DNA from: Promethearchaeia archaeon
GTDB taxonomy: Archaea; Asgardarchaeota; Lokiarchaeia; Sigyniarchaeales; SOKP01
Direction: 5' to 3'
DNA length: 64,000 nucleotides
Assembly: GCA_029856125.1 (NCBI GenBank)
Contig: JAHQWJ010000139.1
Span: forward strand, 1-64,000
This document shows, piece by piece, positions 29,897 through 40,110 of the stretch. Each line of letters begins with the position of its first letter. The stretch's first letter is position 1. A program made the position numbers and the translations under genes. Below the pieces are notes generated by a model, which had not been told where the DNA came from, ran no database searches, and saw nothing but the letters and a program-made list of their open reading frames with translations.

Positions 29897-31015
29897 ATGA
29901 CAGCAGAGGAAATTACAGACCCTTACGAGATAATTTTGCAAAATATGCGTGAATATCCTAACGATATCCCTTTTGTAGATGGAGAGGTATCAGAAGCATT
30001 TAGGGCGTATATTAAATTATTGTTTACACGTGAAGAGGCAGAAGTTTCTCAATACTTAACTGTTAAGCCCCAATCCATTAATCGAATTGCAAAGAAAATT
30101 GGAAAAAGCAAAGAAGAGATTAAAAAAATTCTGGAAGAAATGACCAATTCGGGTGTTATTCAAGATATCGGTGGTTATTCCTATTTTTTAGCTATGGCAC
30201 ATCTTTTGAATATGGGATTTAAAAACTCAAAAACATTCGAAAGGCTAGGAAAGAAAGGAGCTGAATTGTATCATCAATTCTTCCATGAAGAAAAATATTA
30301 CAAGCGATACGAATCTTCCGACGCTGGTACTCCAATTACTAGAATAGTTCCCATAGACACATCGATTGATCATAAGTCTAAAATATCCAATGCTGAAGAG
30401 ATACATGGAATATTAGACATGTGTAAAGGTCCAATTGTAGTAACAGATTGTCCTTGTCGTAATAGAACAGAGACCTTAGGAATAAGAGAATGTAAAGATA
30501 AATTTCCTATTTCAGAAACCTGTTTTCAAGTTGGTTTGTTCGGGGAATATTTTTTACGAAGAGGAGAAGGACGAGAACTCTCTCGCGTAGAAGCCCATAA
30601 CCTAGTAACGAAATTAGCAAAAAAAGGTTTAGTTTTTACAGTTGCAAACAGTAAAAGTCCAATCCACCAAGTAATTTGTTCTTGTTGCGCCTGTTGTTGT
30701 GCTCTTCTAAGAGGAATGACGCGATTTGAAGATAAAAACGAAAATTGTACAGCTAAATCGAACTATGTCTCTAAAGTTAATCGTAATTTATGCACGGGAT
30801 GTGCTTTGTGTGCTAAAAGATGTCCATTCAATGCAATTACAATAAAAGAAGAGAAAGCTAAAGTAAATCCTAAAAAGTGTTATGGTTGTGGAATTTGTGC
30901 GGTATGTTGCCCTGTAGAAGCAATCAAACTTCATCGAATAGAACAATCTTATATTTATCCTGACACTGTCCAATTATTTGAAAAAATATACCAAGAAAAT
31001 AGGAGAAATGATTAA
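29897..31015 (+). CDS. 4Fe-4S dicluster-binding protein; paralog of 22499..23635
   Basis: CPCR, CSCCACCC, CTGCALCAKRCP, CYGCGICAVCCP. Confidence 0.8.
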   Translation: MTAEEITDPYEIILQNMREYPNDIPFVDGEVSEAFRAYIKLLFTREEAEVSQYLTVKPQSINRIAKKIGKSKEEIKKILEEMTNSGVIQDIGGYSYFLAMAHLLNMGFKNSKTFERLGKKGAELYHQFFHEEKYYKRYESSDAGTPITRIVPIDTSIDHKSKISNAEEIHGILDMCKGPIVVTDCPCRNRTETLGIRECKDKFPISETCFQVGLFGEYFLRRGEGRELSRVEAHNLVTKLAKKGLVFTVANSKSPIHQVICSCCACCCALLRGMTRFEDKNENCTAKSNYVSKVNRNLCTGCALCAKRCPFNAITIKEEKAKVNPKKCYGCGICAVCCPVEAIKLHRIEQSYIYPDTVQLFEKIYQENRRND

Positions 31016-31030
31016 CTAGTTACGAGAAAG

Positions 31031-32278
31031 TTAGTCTTTATTCCATTCTGTAGCACATTGTCCGCACTTATATTTTTTCGCATAAAAGCCTGGAAAAATT
31101 ACTCGCGTTTTATCATCAATCTCGCGTATTTGTGATTTATTTGTATTTCCACAATTTGGACAGATTTTTTTACGATAACCAGTTTGTTCATTAATTTCAG
31201 TTGAAACGCCTTCTTCCAATCTTGAATCTTCAGGTTCCGCTAAATTTGGTATCTGATCAATGTTTTCAGTTGCAATTTCTTCTCTACCATTTTTCGATTG
31301 AAGTTCTTCGCTATATACAACTTCTATTGATTTCTCAACGATCTTTTCTTCTTTCTTTTTTAAATCCTTTTCACTAGTATCTATAATATTTATAGATGCC
31401 GCTAAATGTTCTCTTTTTTCATTTTCAATAACATTAATCGTTTTTGCAAGAAGAAGAGCATCATCTTGCTTTAACTTTTCATTTTCCTTTTTTAATTCGA
31501 TAATTTTATTCTCTAAATAAGAAACTTTCCCCTCAAATTCTGTTAAACGAGAGTTTTCATTTTTAACGGTCTCTATTAGCTTAGATGTCTTTTGATTTTG
31601 TTTTGTTAATTCGAGATTATTGTCTTTCAAAACCTCTATTGTCTTTTGTAATTCTTCGACTGAAATTTCTTTGTTTCGAAAAGTAGAATTTATATCTTCA
31701 AGTAATTTCTTTTCTCTCTCCAGATCATTTAATTTTTTGTTTAAATCCTTTAAATCTATCTCTATTTGCTCTACGTTGGAACTTTCAGTTTGAATTTTAG
31801 TGGTGTTTTCTAAAAGTAGCTTGTTTTCGTTTTCTATCGTGGAAATTTCGTCCTTAAGGGATTTATTCGTGCTTTCCAATCTCCCGTAATCTTCGATCAA
31901 ATTATTAAGAGAATTTTGAGTTTTCAATATAATTTGATCTTTTACAGAATCATTTTGACTAAGGGTTTTTAATTCCTGCGTATAACTATCAATATTTTGT
32001 TGAAGTACTTCATTATCCTGTTGCGTTTGAGTTAGTACTTGTTTTTGTGAACTAATTACTTTCTTCAAAATAGGGATCTCTTCGGATTCAGGTTTTTCCT
32101 CTTTAGGTTTTTGATATTCTGGTTTGGAAGAATCTTTTTTTTTTTTTAACTTCGTTTCTAATTTTGCTACCTTCAGCTCTAAATTTTCAACTGTTTTTTC
32201 TAATTGAGCATGTGTTTTTTCTTCTTCTTCAGCGTTGTCTATTAAATCCTTTAAGTTTTTACTCATATCAAATAACAC
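31031..32278 (-). CDS. Long coiled-coil protein with C-terminal zinc ribbon
   Basis: K/E/L/N heptad-rich body; CPNCG...KYKCGQCATEW. Confidence 0.7.
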   Translation of the reverse strand: MLFDMSKNLKDLIDNAEEEEKTHAQLEKTVENLELKVAKLETKLKKKKDSSKPEYQKPKEEKPESEEIPILKKVISSQKQVLTQTQQDNEVLQQNIDSYTQELKTLSQNDSVKDQIILKTQNSLNNLIEDYGRLESTNKSLKDEISTIENENKLLLENTTKIQTESSNVEQIEIDLKDLNKKLNDLEREKKLLEDINSTFRNKEISVEELQKTIEVLKDNNLELTKQNQKTSKLIETVKNENSRLTEFEGKVSYLENKIIELKKENEKLKQDDALLLAKTINVIENEKREHLAASINIIDTSEKDLKKKEEKIVEKSIEVVYSEELQSKNGREEIATENIDQIPNLAEPEDSRLEEGVSTEINEQTGYRKKICPNCGNTNKSQIREIDDKTRVIFPGFYAKKYKCGQCATEWNKD

Positions 32279-32449
32279 TCGTTTTTTTTCATTAACTGAT
32301 TACACTTAAAATATAAAAGATTTCATATTATTAATATTTCGAAGTATTACAATGAACTCTACAAATTTCATTGATTTATATCTAATACTTGTATATAATA
32401 TAAAAATATAAGTCCAAATCACTATTTAATTTAGAAATACCGGTTAGGA

Positions 32450-33007
32450 ATGTCAAAAATGGTAGGATCAAACAAATACTTTTTTAAAATTTGTATTGTC
32501 GGCGATTCAGAAGTAGGAAAAACCACTATTCTTAACCAATATTTGAAAAGGAGATTCGTACCTGACGCTCAAAGAACAATTGGCTCTAATTTTTTCGTAA
32601 AATACGTTAAAATCCCCGAAGTTGATAGTATGGTTATTCTGCAGTTCTGGGATTTGGCCGGACAACCGAGATTTAGATGGGTTCGATACGCGTTCTATAA
32701 AGGTGCCAAAGGTATAATATATGCTTTTGATTTAACTAGGAAAGATACTTTGGATCACATATTAACTTGGAAAGAAGAAGTGGAAAGTAAAATTGGAATC
32801 GTTCCAAATATACTCGTCGGAAACAAGGTAGATCTTATAACTTCAGAAAATAGAATAATTAATTTAGATGAAGTAAAGCACGTCAAACAACAAGTTTCCG
32901 CAAGCGAATATATAGAAACAAGCGCAAAAGTTGGAACCAAGGTAGAAGATGTCTTTTCCAAATTAACATTAGAAATATTTAAAGTTAACAAGGAGAACTT
33001 AGAATAA
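32450..33007 (+). CDS. Rab-like small GTPase
   Basis: GDSEVGKT, TIG, WDLAGQ, GNKVD, ETSAK. Confidence 0.92.
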   Translation: MSKMVGSNKYFFKICIVGDSEVGKTTILNQYLKRRFVPDAQRTIGSNFFVKYVKIPEVDSMVILQFWDLAGQPRFRWVRYAFYKGAKGIIYAFDLTRKDTLDHILTWKEEVESKIGIVPNILVGNKVDLITSENRIINLDEVKHVKQQVSASEYIETSAKVGTKVEDVFSKLTLEIFKVNKENLE

Positions 33008-33055
33008 ACCATTTTTTCGTTAAATATTTGTTTTTTATTGATTCATTTGGCCAAG

Positions 33056-34186
33056 TTATGATAGAGTTTTTATCGATTTAGCCACTGCGTAAGCCATTAA
33101 AGGCGGTACTGCGTTACCAACTTGTTTGTATTTGTCTCTCATGGTCCCGCAAAACTTATATCTATCTGGAAAGGATTGTAATCTCGCTGCTTCTCTAATA
33201 GAGATTGCTCTATTTTGAATTGGATGAATAAATCTCCCCGGTGCACTTACACATCCGCAGTTTCCCGTTATTGTATCTGCTGGGGAATCTAAATGAAGTC
33301 TCCCATAAATGTTCGGGTATCCCCCTTTGAGTTGAAATTCCTTCGGTAAAGAACTATGATTCATCCCCTGGGCAATATGGGATATTCTTCTTTCCACGAT
33401 TTCACCATGATTGGGGGCAAAATGGTCACACAACTCGTCAGAGTTTTCCCTTAAATACTCCTGATAGTTAGTTAATGGTGGTCCGTTATATTTTATTGTT
33501 GAGTTCTCGACTCGCTGTTTTGTCAGGGGATTTATCTTGAGAATATCAGAAAGAGCGTCTTGAACGGTCAAATAAGAAGGTAACGCATTTTTTTCTAAAT
33601 CTGATTTCAATACGATATTATTTTTGTTAGTTTTCTGGATTTTAAAAGAATAAACTGATTTGTTTTGAGTTCCTATAAAAAATACTCGCTGCCGTAATTG
33701 TGGGACACCATAATCTGCTGCCAACAATATTTCCATTTTACAATTATATCCCATTTCTTTGTACATATTAACAACTTTTTCTACTACTTTTCCCTTTCCC
33801 ATAGAAAGAATTCCAGGAACATTTTCCATAACGAAAAATTTCGGTTTAAAGTATTTAACCCACTGAATAAAATAAAAAATTAGCATATTACGAGGATCGT
33901 CGGGTCTCCTATTTCCAACCGAAGAAAATCCTATACATGGAGGACCTCCAATTATTCCGTCTATTTCTTTGTTTTTAAGATATTTATCAGAGATTTTCTC
34001 GCAATTTAATGAGGTTATATCTTTATATAATGACAGAGTTTCAGAATGATTTCTTCTATAGGCTCTATAATAATTTTCTTCCAATTCTATCGCTAAATCA
34101 ATCTTAAAATTAGCCATTTCGAAACCTAGCGATAAACCCCCCGCTCCACAGAACAAATCTATTATATGATTACCTTCTTCAGTCAT
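33056..34186 (-). CDS. DNA (cytosine-5)-methyltransferase
   Basis: DLFCGAGG, GGPPC, ENVPG, QLRQRVF, REAARLQSFP, QVGNAVPP; ATG 34186 likely start. Confidence 0.92.
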   Translation of the reverse strand: MTEEGNHIIDLFCGAGGLSLGFEMANFKIDLAIELEENYYRAYRRNHSETLSLYKDITSLNCEKISDKYLKNKEIDGIIGGPPCIGFSSVGNRRPDDPRNMLIFYFIQWVKYFKPKFFVMENVPGILSMGKGKVVEKVVNMYKEMGYNCKMEILLAADYGVPQLRQRVFFIGTQNKSVYSFKIQKTNKNNIVLKSDLEKNALPSYLTVQDALSDILKINPLTKQRVENSTIKYNGPPLTNYQEYLRENSDELCDHFAPNHGEIVERRISHIAQGMNHSSLPKEFQLKGGYPNIYGRLHLDSPADTITGNCGCVSAPGRFIHPIQNRAISIREAARLQSFPDRYKFCGTMRDKYKQVGNAVPPLMAYAVAKSIKTLS

Positions 34187-34317
34187 AGCAATAATAAGGA
34201 ATACAATATATAGTGATAATCTTAACAATAAGAATAAAATGAAACTAATCTTTAATTAATAACTATAAAGCTAAGTTGAAAATTGAATAATGCATAATTA
34301 ATCCCAATCAGAAGAAA

Positions 34318-34971
34318 ATGGTTAAGGAAAGTAAATATACCTTGATTAGGAATATACTGCTAAAATGGTACGATGATAACAAGCGCGATTATCCATGGAG
34401 GAAATCAAACGATCTTTATAAAATATTGGTTACGGAAATTTTACTACAAAAAACAATTGCGTTGAACGTCTCCAATATGTATACTCTCTTTTTTAAGAAA
34501 TACAAGGATTTCTCTTCAATTAACAATGCAAATATTTCCGATTTACAACCCACGATAAAAGTATTGGGGTTATCAAATAAACGAGCTCAGATTTTGAAAG
34601 CCTTGAGTCAAATTATCGTAACTAAATATAATGGAGAAATCCCTCGAGATACAGACAAACTTAAAGAAGTAAATGGCATAGCTAATTATGTGAGTAATGC
34701 TTTTGGGTGCTTTGGATTGAACAAAAGAACGTTGTTTTTTGATGTTAACATAAAAAGAGTTATATTGAGGGTGTTTGAACCTCAAGGCTCTAAATTTAAC
34801 CGTGATTCCATGTATTCTCATTTGGACAAATTATTACCTAAAATGGAGTTTAAATACATATACTGGGCAATACTTGACTTTGGAGCCCTGATTTGCTCCA
34901 AAAATAAGCCTAAATGCGAACTATGTCCTATTTCTGATAATTGTTTTTATTTTTTAAAATCTCAGTCGTAA
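34318..34971 (+). CDS. HhH-GPD DNA glycosylase with 4Fe-4S (Mig/MutY-like, no MutY C-terminal domain)
   Basis: RDYPWR, TEILLQKT, HhH VNGIANY, DVNIKR, CSKNKPKCELCPISDNC. Confidence 0.8.
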   Translation: MVKESKYTLIRNILLKWYDDNKRDYPWRKSNDLYKILVTEILLQKTIALNVSNMYTLFFKKYKDFSSINNANISDLQPTIKVLGLSNKRAQILKALSQIIVTKYNGEIPRDTDKLKEVNGIANYVSNAFGCFGLNKRTLFFDVNIKRVILRVFEPQGSKFNRDSMYSHLDKLLPKMEFKYIYWAILDFGALICSKNKPKCELCPISDNCFYFLKSQS

Positions 34972-35030
34972 TCAAATCTGATTTACTTGAAAAATTAAAA
35001 AAAAAAAGAGAATTTGGTGTTAATTTTTAT

Positions 35031-35357
35031 TTACTCTGGTATCTTCATCCCTAACATCTCTAAGGCTTCTGTTACTTTAAATCGAACTTCCATTTTGTAT
35101 TTATACCCTGGAATCACATGGTAAGCGAGTAGTTGTTTTTGGTTTAATGCTAGGGCTTCTTCTAGCTTTCCTTCCTTAACATCCCAAACACCAATCACAG
35201 TCATACCTTCTGTAGTTGATTTTACAGCGTTAGGGATTACTTCTTTACCTAAAGGCCTTAAAGCAGCTCGAGCTTCTTTAATTTCCTTTAAATAGACTTT
35301 CGAGATATTTTCTGCTTGATCAGGTGGGAAGATATTATACGTAAATATATATGGCAT
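35031..35357 (-). CDS. Hypothetical protein; paralog of 61252..61587
   Basis: Shared FPP..E..K..L, VKEGKLE.A and E...LG.K.P; GAGGTGA precedes ATG 35357. Confidence 0.65.
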   Translation of the reverse strand: MPYIFTYNIFPPDQAENISKVYLKEIKEARAALRPLGKEVIPNAVKSTTEGMTVIGVWDVKEGKLEEALALNQKQLLAYHVIPGYKYKMEVRFKVTEALEMLGMKIPE

Positions 35358-35635
35358 ACTTTTCACCTCTCTATTAGATGTAATTTTTAATAAGGTTCTA
35401 TGAGGTTTTAGTTAAATTGGATTATCATACTTAGAATTTTTTTACTTTTTAATATTTCCATTTGTGTCAAATTTTTTAAACGATGTTAAAAATTAATTTT
35501 AAATACATACACTTTATCTTACTTATGACGTGATCTGAGTATTGAATATAAATTAAAAGAGGAATAATTCAGATTATTGTAAAATTGGTAAATTTAATAA
35601 CAGATTGATAAGTAAAAAAGCATCTGTGAGCAGAT

Positions 35636-36121
35636 ATGCTAGTTAGTTTAAGGGAAGTCTATCTACCGGTTATGATATTTTCGATTATCTTAGACTTTCA
35701 ATTAGCAATATATTTTTTATATTTATATGGTAAACACCGAAAAGATAAAATCGACAAGCTTTTTCTCATGAGGGCTTCTGGAATTTGCGTCTATTATAAA
35801 TTTTTCAAGGATCCAGCAAATAGACGTGGAGATCAAATCATGTCCGGTGCTATAAATACTATTAAAATGATGTTAAAAGAAATCTCTCAGGATGAAGGGG
35901 AGATGGTCATAGAAAAAGAAGGAAAAGTGCTAATAACATACCAAGGCAAATATATTACTGGAGTAATTGTAGCAGATCAAAACTTAAGCTCCCTTAATTT
36001 CTTGCTCAAACGCTTTATTGAGAAAGTAGAATTCCTATATTCTAATATTATACGAGATTGGGATGGAGCTATGGAAATATTTCTCCCAATTGAAAATATT
36101 ACTAAAGAGATCTTCTTTTAA
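35636..36121 (+). CDS. Single TM plus longin/roadblock-like domain protein
   Basis: N-terminal hydrophobic helix; IMSGAINTIKMMLKEI...GKYITGVIVAD...WDG pattern. Confidence 0.55.
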   Translation: MLVSLREVYLPVMIFSIILDFQLAIYFLYLYGKHRKDKIDKLFLMRASGICVYYKFFKDPANRRGDQIMSGAINTIKMMLKEISQDEGEMVIEKEGKVLITYQGKYITGVIVADQNLSSLNFLLKRFIEKVEFLYSNIIRDWDGAMEIFLPIENITKEIFF

Positions 36122-36131
36122 AGGTGAATTC

Positions 36132-36449
36132 TCACTTTCGCTTTTTTGAAAAAACGAGAATCGGCTTTAAAAATACATTTTGGCACATAGGGCAAGAATT
36201 ATGCTTCGTTAACCAAGCAGATACGCAAGAATAATGGTATTGGCTACCGCAGAAAGAACATTTAATCGTTCGACTTCGTCCATGCCAGATAAATTCGTGA
36301 CATACTGTGCATTGTATTCTGTCGTGTAAATTTACCTTCTTAATTTTTAACTCTCGCCCACAATAACAGCAAAAATTAACCTTTTTGCTAGTAGATTTTT
36401 GTATTTTCTTACCACAATTGGGACAATAATTAAAACTGATGCCAGGCAT
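36132..36449 (-). CDS. Zinc ribbon plus RING-variant (C4HC3) protein
   Basis: CPNCG..CCYCG; CTVC-x13-CSFC-x4-H-x2-C-x3-W-x6-CPMC. Confidence 0.75.
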   Translation of the reverse strand: MPGISFNYCPNCGKKIQKSTSKKVNFCCYCGRELKIKKVNLHDRIQCTVCHEFIWHGRSRTIKCSFCGSQYHYSCVSAWLTKHNSCPMCQNVFLKPILVFSKKRK

Positions 36450-36702
36450 AAAATTTTCACACTAATAATAATTCAAATATAAATGGTACAATAGTAAAAC
36501 AACATTAACAGTTAAAAAATGATTTTTAGTCCAATTTTTATTAAAGGAGATTAGGGTTGAAATGGAACTAAAATTAAATCGGACTAAAAAATCTAAACAT
36601 CTTTTTTTTCTATTTTTAAACCTATTAATCATCATTTAAGAAAATATTTGAGCAAAGCACTACTTTTTTAAAAAACATAAAAAAAAATAAAGTAATTCTA
36701 TA

Positions 36703-37983
36703 GTGCCATTTTCGAAAATTTTTCCTTTTTATCAAAAAATGCAAAGCAAGAAAGAAATGACCTCAGAATTATATCGAGCTTGGCCGATATTCTTACTTGC
36801 GTTCATTAGATTATTATTTTTTTCTATTTTTGAAAGAGCGCTTTCAAATTACCTTTATTTTGTTGTGGATATTAGTGAAAGCACTCTAGGAATTATATCT
36901 TCTGCTGGAGCAATCGCTTATATTTTTGCTCCTATTCTTGGACAATTTATTACTTCAAAGACAGGAATCCGTAATGCCCTTATATTGTCTTCCGTTTTAG
37001 CACCCATTTTAATGGGAGCTCAAATTATATACTTTGAACCATGGTTTTTAATCCTGTGTCGAGCAACATTAGGATTAACCATGGGGCTCTATTGGCCAAA
37101 TTGTATGAATCTGTTAAGTAAATGGCAGAAGATAAGTAGTCCTGAAAGAGCAAAAAGGGATTTTAGAAATTTTAATTTTTCTTGGAATTTTGGTTTTATC
37201 TTTGGGCTTCTCATTGGTTATGTATGGAGTTTTTCTTGGAATGATTATTCTGCTATGATTTTTTCGTGGTCTCTGTCGTTTTTACTTATCCCAATTAGTT
37301 TTTTTATAAATAAAGATACCAAAAACCATTTTCCAAAAGAGAAATTAGAAATCCACTTAGAAAATCCCGAATATGAAGAAGATTTTAAAATGATTTCCAA
37401 GACCAATTCAAATTCATCTATGATAATTTATCCCATTCTATTCTCGTGGATCGGAATAATTTTCTTAGCTACAACAAAATCAATCTTACTATTTACTTAT
37501 CCGGTTTTTTTAAAATTATACTCATTAGAATCACATTCAACTTACCTTGTCCAAGGGGGTATACAATTAGCTCAACTTATTGGTTTAACTTGGATTAATG
37601 TAATGAATGTATATAAACGAAAAATTTCTGTTTTCATCAGCTTTATTTCCATTATTGTGATTTCGTTCACTATTTTTTCTGTAGGTTCTATATGGTACCT
37701 TGCAATCATATTCTCAGTTACAGGCCTATTTTTTGGTTTTATACACGGAACGTCAATGAAAATCATGCTCGATTATGGATCTGTTAAGAATACAGCGAGA
37801 TATTCAACTATGAATGAAATCATAATAGGAATTGGCTTTGGGGTAACCCCAATCATATCGGGTTATGTTGTAGAAATCAACTTATACGCTGTTTTTGTTT
37901 TTATTATAATATGTGGGTTTGCTTTTTTAGCTACTTTGATATATCTTTCCCGAAACATTAAAAGAGAGAGATTGAATAGCTAA
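36703..37983 (+). CDS. MFS transporter; paralog of 46213..47487
   Basis: About 12 TM segments; FNFSWNFG; GIGFGVTP. Confidence 0.8.
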   Translation: MPFSKIFPFYQKMQSKKEMTSELYRAWPIFLLAFIRLLFFSIFERALSNYLYFVVDISESTLGIISSAGAIAYIFAPILGQFITSKTGIRNALILSSVLAPILMGAQIIYFEPWFLILCRATLGLTMGLYWPNCMNLLSKWQKISSPERAKRDFRNFNFSWNFGFIFGLLIGYVWSFSWNDYSAMIFSWSLSFLLIPISFFINKDTKNHFPKEKLEIHLENPEYEEDFKMISKTNSNSSMIIYPILFSWIGIIFLATTKSILLFTYPVFLKLYSLESHSTYLVQGGIQLAQLIGLTWINVMNVYKRKISVFISFISIIVISFTIFSVGSIWYLAIIFSVTGLFFGFIHGTSMKIMLDYGSVKNTARYSTMNEIIIGIGFGVTPIISGYVVEINLYAVFVFIIICGFAFLATLIYLSRNIKRERLNS

Positions 37984-38087
37984 AAAGTGCGTCATTATTT
38001 ACTATTAGACTTCGAAATTGAATAATCTTTTATTCAAGCCGTCTTAAATGTTAATTAAATAGGAATTATTTATAGGGTGATAATAGT

Positions 38088-38600
38088 ATGACTTTATTTG
38101 ATCAACTCAATAAACATCAATTAAAAGAACTTCTCGTTAAGTGTTGGATGACTCATGACGGTTCGTGGTTTTATAACTGCGTCCTAGAATTTGGTATTGA
38201 GACCGCAAACAAATTAAATAAAGCAGCAATTAAAACACTTTCTCCATTTGAAGTCCAAAGAGTTCAGAAAGCTTTAGAGATGGAGAAAGTCAAAGTAAAA
38301 ACCTTTGAACAATTAAAAGCATTTATCAGCAACGGGTTTTCAATTTTAAAAGGTGATTTCATGGATTTTAACTACACCTTTCCTAGACACAATGTTTTGC
38401 ATTGGGAAATGGGAAAATGTTTCGCTTACGAGGGAATGAAAAGGATTGGAATAAAGGATAAATATGAATGTGGTCTTCTATATCGCCTTGGTTGCTGGCT
38501 AGATGTAATAGGTGTCAAATTTAAACTTGAACCTGAAATTATTGAGTGTTTATTGCATTCTCAAGAAACGTGTGTCGGAGATATGATATTTAATTTTTAA
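38088..38600 (+). CDS. Conserved hypothetical protein (DUF6125-like)
   Basis: WMTHDGSWF...FGIETANKLN; conserved Cys residues; GGTGA RBS. Confidence 0.55.
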   Translation: MTLFDQLNKHQLKELLVKCWMTHDGSWFYNCVLEFGIETANKLNKAAIKTLSPFEVQRVQKALEMEKVKVKTFEQLKAFISNGFSILKGDFMDFNYTFPRHNVLHWEMGKCFAYEGMKRIGIKDKYECGLLYRLGCWLDVIGVKFKLEPEIIECLLHSQETCVGDMIFNF

Positions 38601-38621
38601 AAATACAAAAGGCTTATAAAA

Positions 38622-39257
38622 ATGTATCCGTGGTTTATTTTATCTATTTTAGGTATGTGTTTTATGGTTCCACTTCATTTTTTATCAGTCGAACATGTAA
38701 AGTTTCAAAAAAAATATGGAGCGGATAAAGGGAATAAAATCACCGGAATACTCGGGCTCACTTCTGGATGGGGGTTTTTTATATTTTGGTTTGGAATATG
38801 GATTTCGCCTCAACCTCGTCTAAGTATTCCTTTTTTTCAAAATCCTAGTTTTTTTATTCCAATTATTAACTTTTCAATACCAATATTCTATTTAATAATC
38901 TCTATTCCTTTAATTTTGATAGGTGCTTGGTTAGGAATTGTGAGCGTAAAAGAAACCTCTCTCAAAGTAGCGGAAACTCATAGGACAGAAAAAATCGTTT
39001 CCTCAAAAATTTATTCTTTAATTAGACATCCACAATACTTTGGGGGATTATTGGCCCATATTGGAATTTCTTTTCTGTTATCGTCGTTATTTTCTTTAAT
39101 TTTTACACCTTTAGTATTTCTACTAAACTTTTTGGTTGCTTGGAAAGAAGAAAAAGAGTTAATTAAAGAATTTGGAAAAGAATATGAGAGCTATAAAGAA
39201 AAAGTCCCGATGTTCTTTCCGAAATTAAAGAAACAAAAGAAAAACTTAGAGAAATAA
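38622..39257 (+). CDS. ICMT/PEMT-family membrane methyltransferase
   Basis: YSLIRHPQYFG, EEKEL..EFGKEY..YKEKVPMFFP. Confidence 0.8.
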   Translation: MYPWFILSILGMCFMVPLHFLSVEHVKFQKKYGADKGNKITGILGLTSGWGFFIFWFGIWISPQPRLSIPFFQNPSFFIPIINFSIPIFYLIISIPLILIGAWLGIVSVKETSLKVAETHRTEKIVSSKIYSLIRHPQYFGGLLAHIGISFLLSSLFSLIFTPLVFLLNFLVAWKEEKELIKEFGKEYESYKEKVPMFFPKLKKQKKNLEK

Positions 39258-40049
39258 TCAAATTTTCTGGTTGGCCATATCTTTAACTGTTATTTCGGGA
39301 TGGTGATATCTCTGCGTTTTTAACGTTTTATCACCAAATTGAATACATTTCTCAGGACAAAAGTTAATACAAGCCAAACATTGCTGGCATTTATGTTCCC
39401 ATTGAGGTATACCCTCTTCAAGCGTGATATTATTTACCGGACATACTTTTACACATATACCGCAACTGGTACAAGTGTCTTCAGCGTAGAATGATTTGTC
39501 GTATCCATAAACATTATCTCGAAAACCCTTATTGAACTTTTCGCTCTTAATTCTACGTTTCTCAAAAATGTCTTTCCCCAGATTCTTTTCATTTTTCTCA
39601 ACGGTTTTATGAATAGATTCAATTTTTTTGTTTGCTTCTTCAAAAAATTCTATTTGGCGTGCTTCTGAGTGAATATCGTAACCAATAATATAGTTGTTAG
39701 GCATCATGATAAAAAATCCAGCGCTCAATGTTTTCGATTTCGTATTTAAAATTGTCTCTATTTGGTGTAAGGGTGTGTTGTTAATATCTCCAGCATTCGT
39801 TATAACAGCAAAGAAATAATTGGATTTAGAGAGTTCTATTTTGCTTAGGAAATCATAGACAATTTTTGGTAATCCTGCGTAATACAGAGGAAAAATAAAA
39901 CCAACTTTTTCGCTGGACGAAGCAAGGTGATCATCCTCCCAAACTTTCGCAATAGGTACAAGTTCACATTCTTCTAATTTTTCTGAAAGGTTCTTGGCAA
40001 TTTTCAACGAATTACCTGTTCCAGTAAAGTAGTATATTGTTGTTTTCAT
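39258..40049 (-). CDS. EFR1-type flavodoxin-ferredoxin fusion
   Basis: YFTGTGNS, FPLY, CTSCGICVKVCP, CQQCLACINFCP, RYHHP. Confidence 0.85.
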   Translation of the reverse strand: MKTTIYYFTGTGNSLKIAKNLSEKLEECELVPIAKVWEDDHLASSSEKVGFIFPLYYAGLPKIVYDFLSKIELSKSNYFFAVITNAGDINNTPLHQIETILNTKSKTLSAGFFIMMPNNYIIGYDIHSEARQIEFFEEANKKIESIHKTVEKNEKNLGKDIFEKRRIKSEKFNKGFRDNVYGYDKSFYAEDTCTSCGICVKVCPVNNITLEEGIPQWEHKCQQCLACINFCPEKCIQFGDKTLKTQRYHHPEITVKDMANQKI

Positions 40050-40110
40050 ATCTCTTCAAGACTTTTTAGGTTAATAAGTTTTATTAATCGAAATGTTGAT
40101 ATAGTTAGTA

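Noticed and set aside
28050-39257. ICMT-family genes as Rab prenyl-cysteine methylases
   Set aside because: Neither GTPase has a C-terminal Cys motif; this family is widespread in prokaryotes
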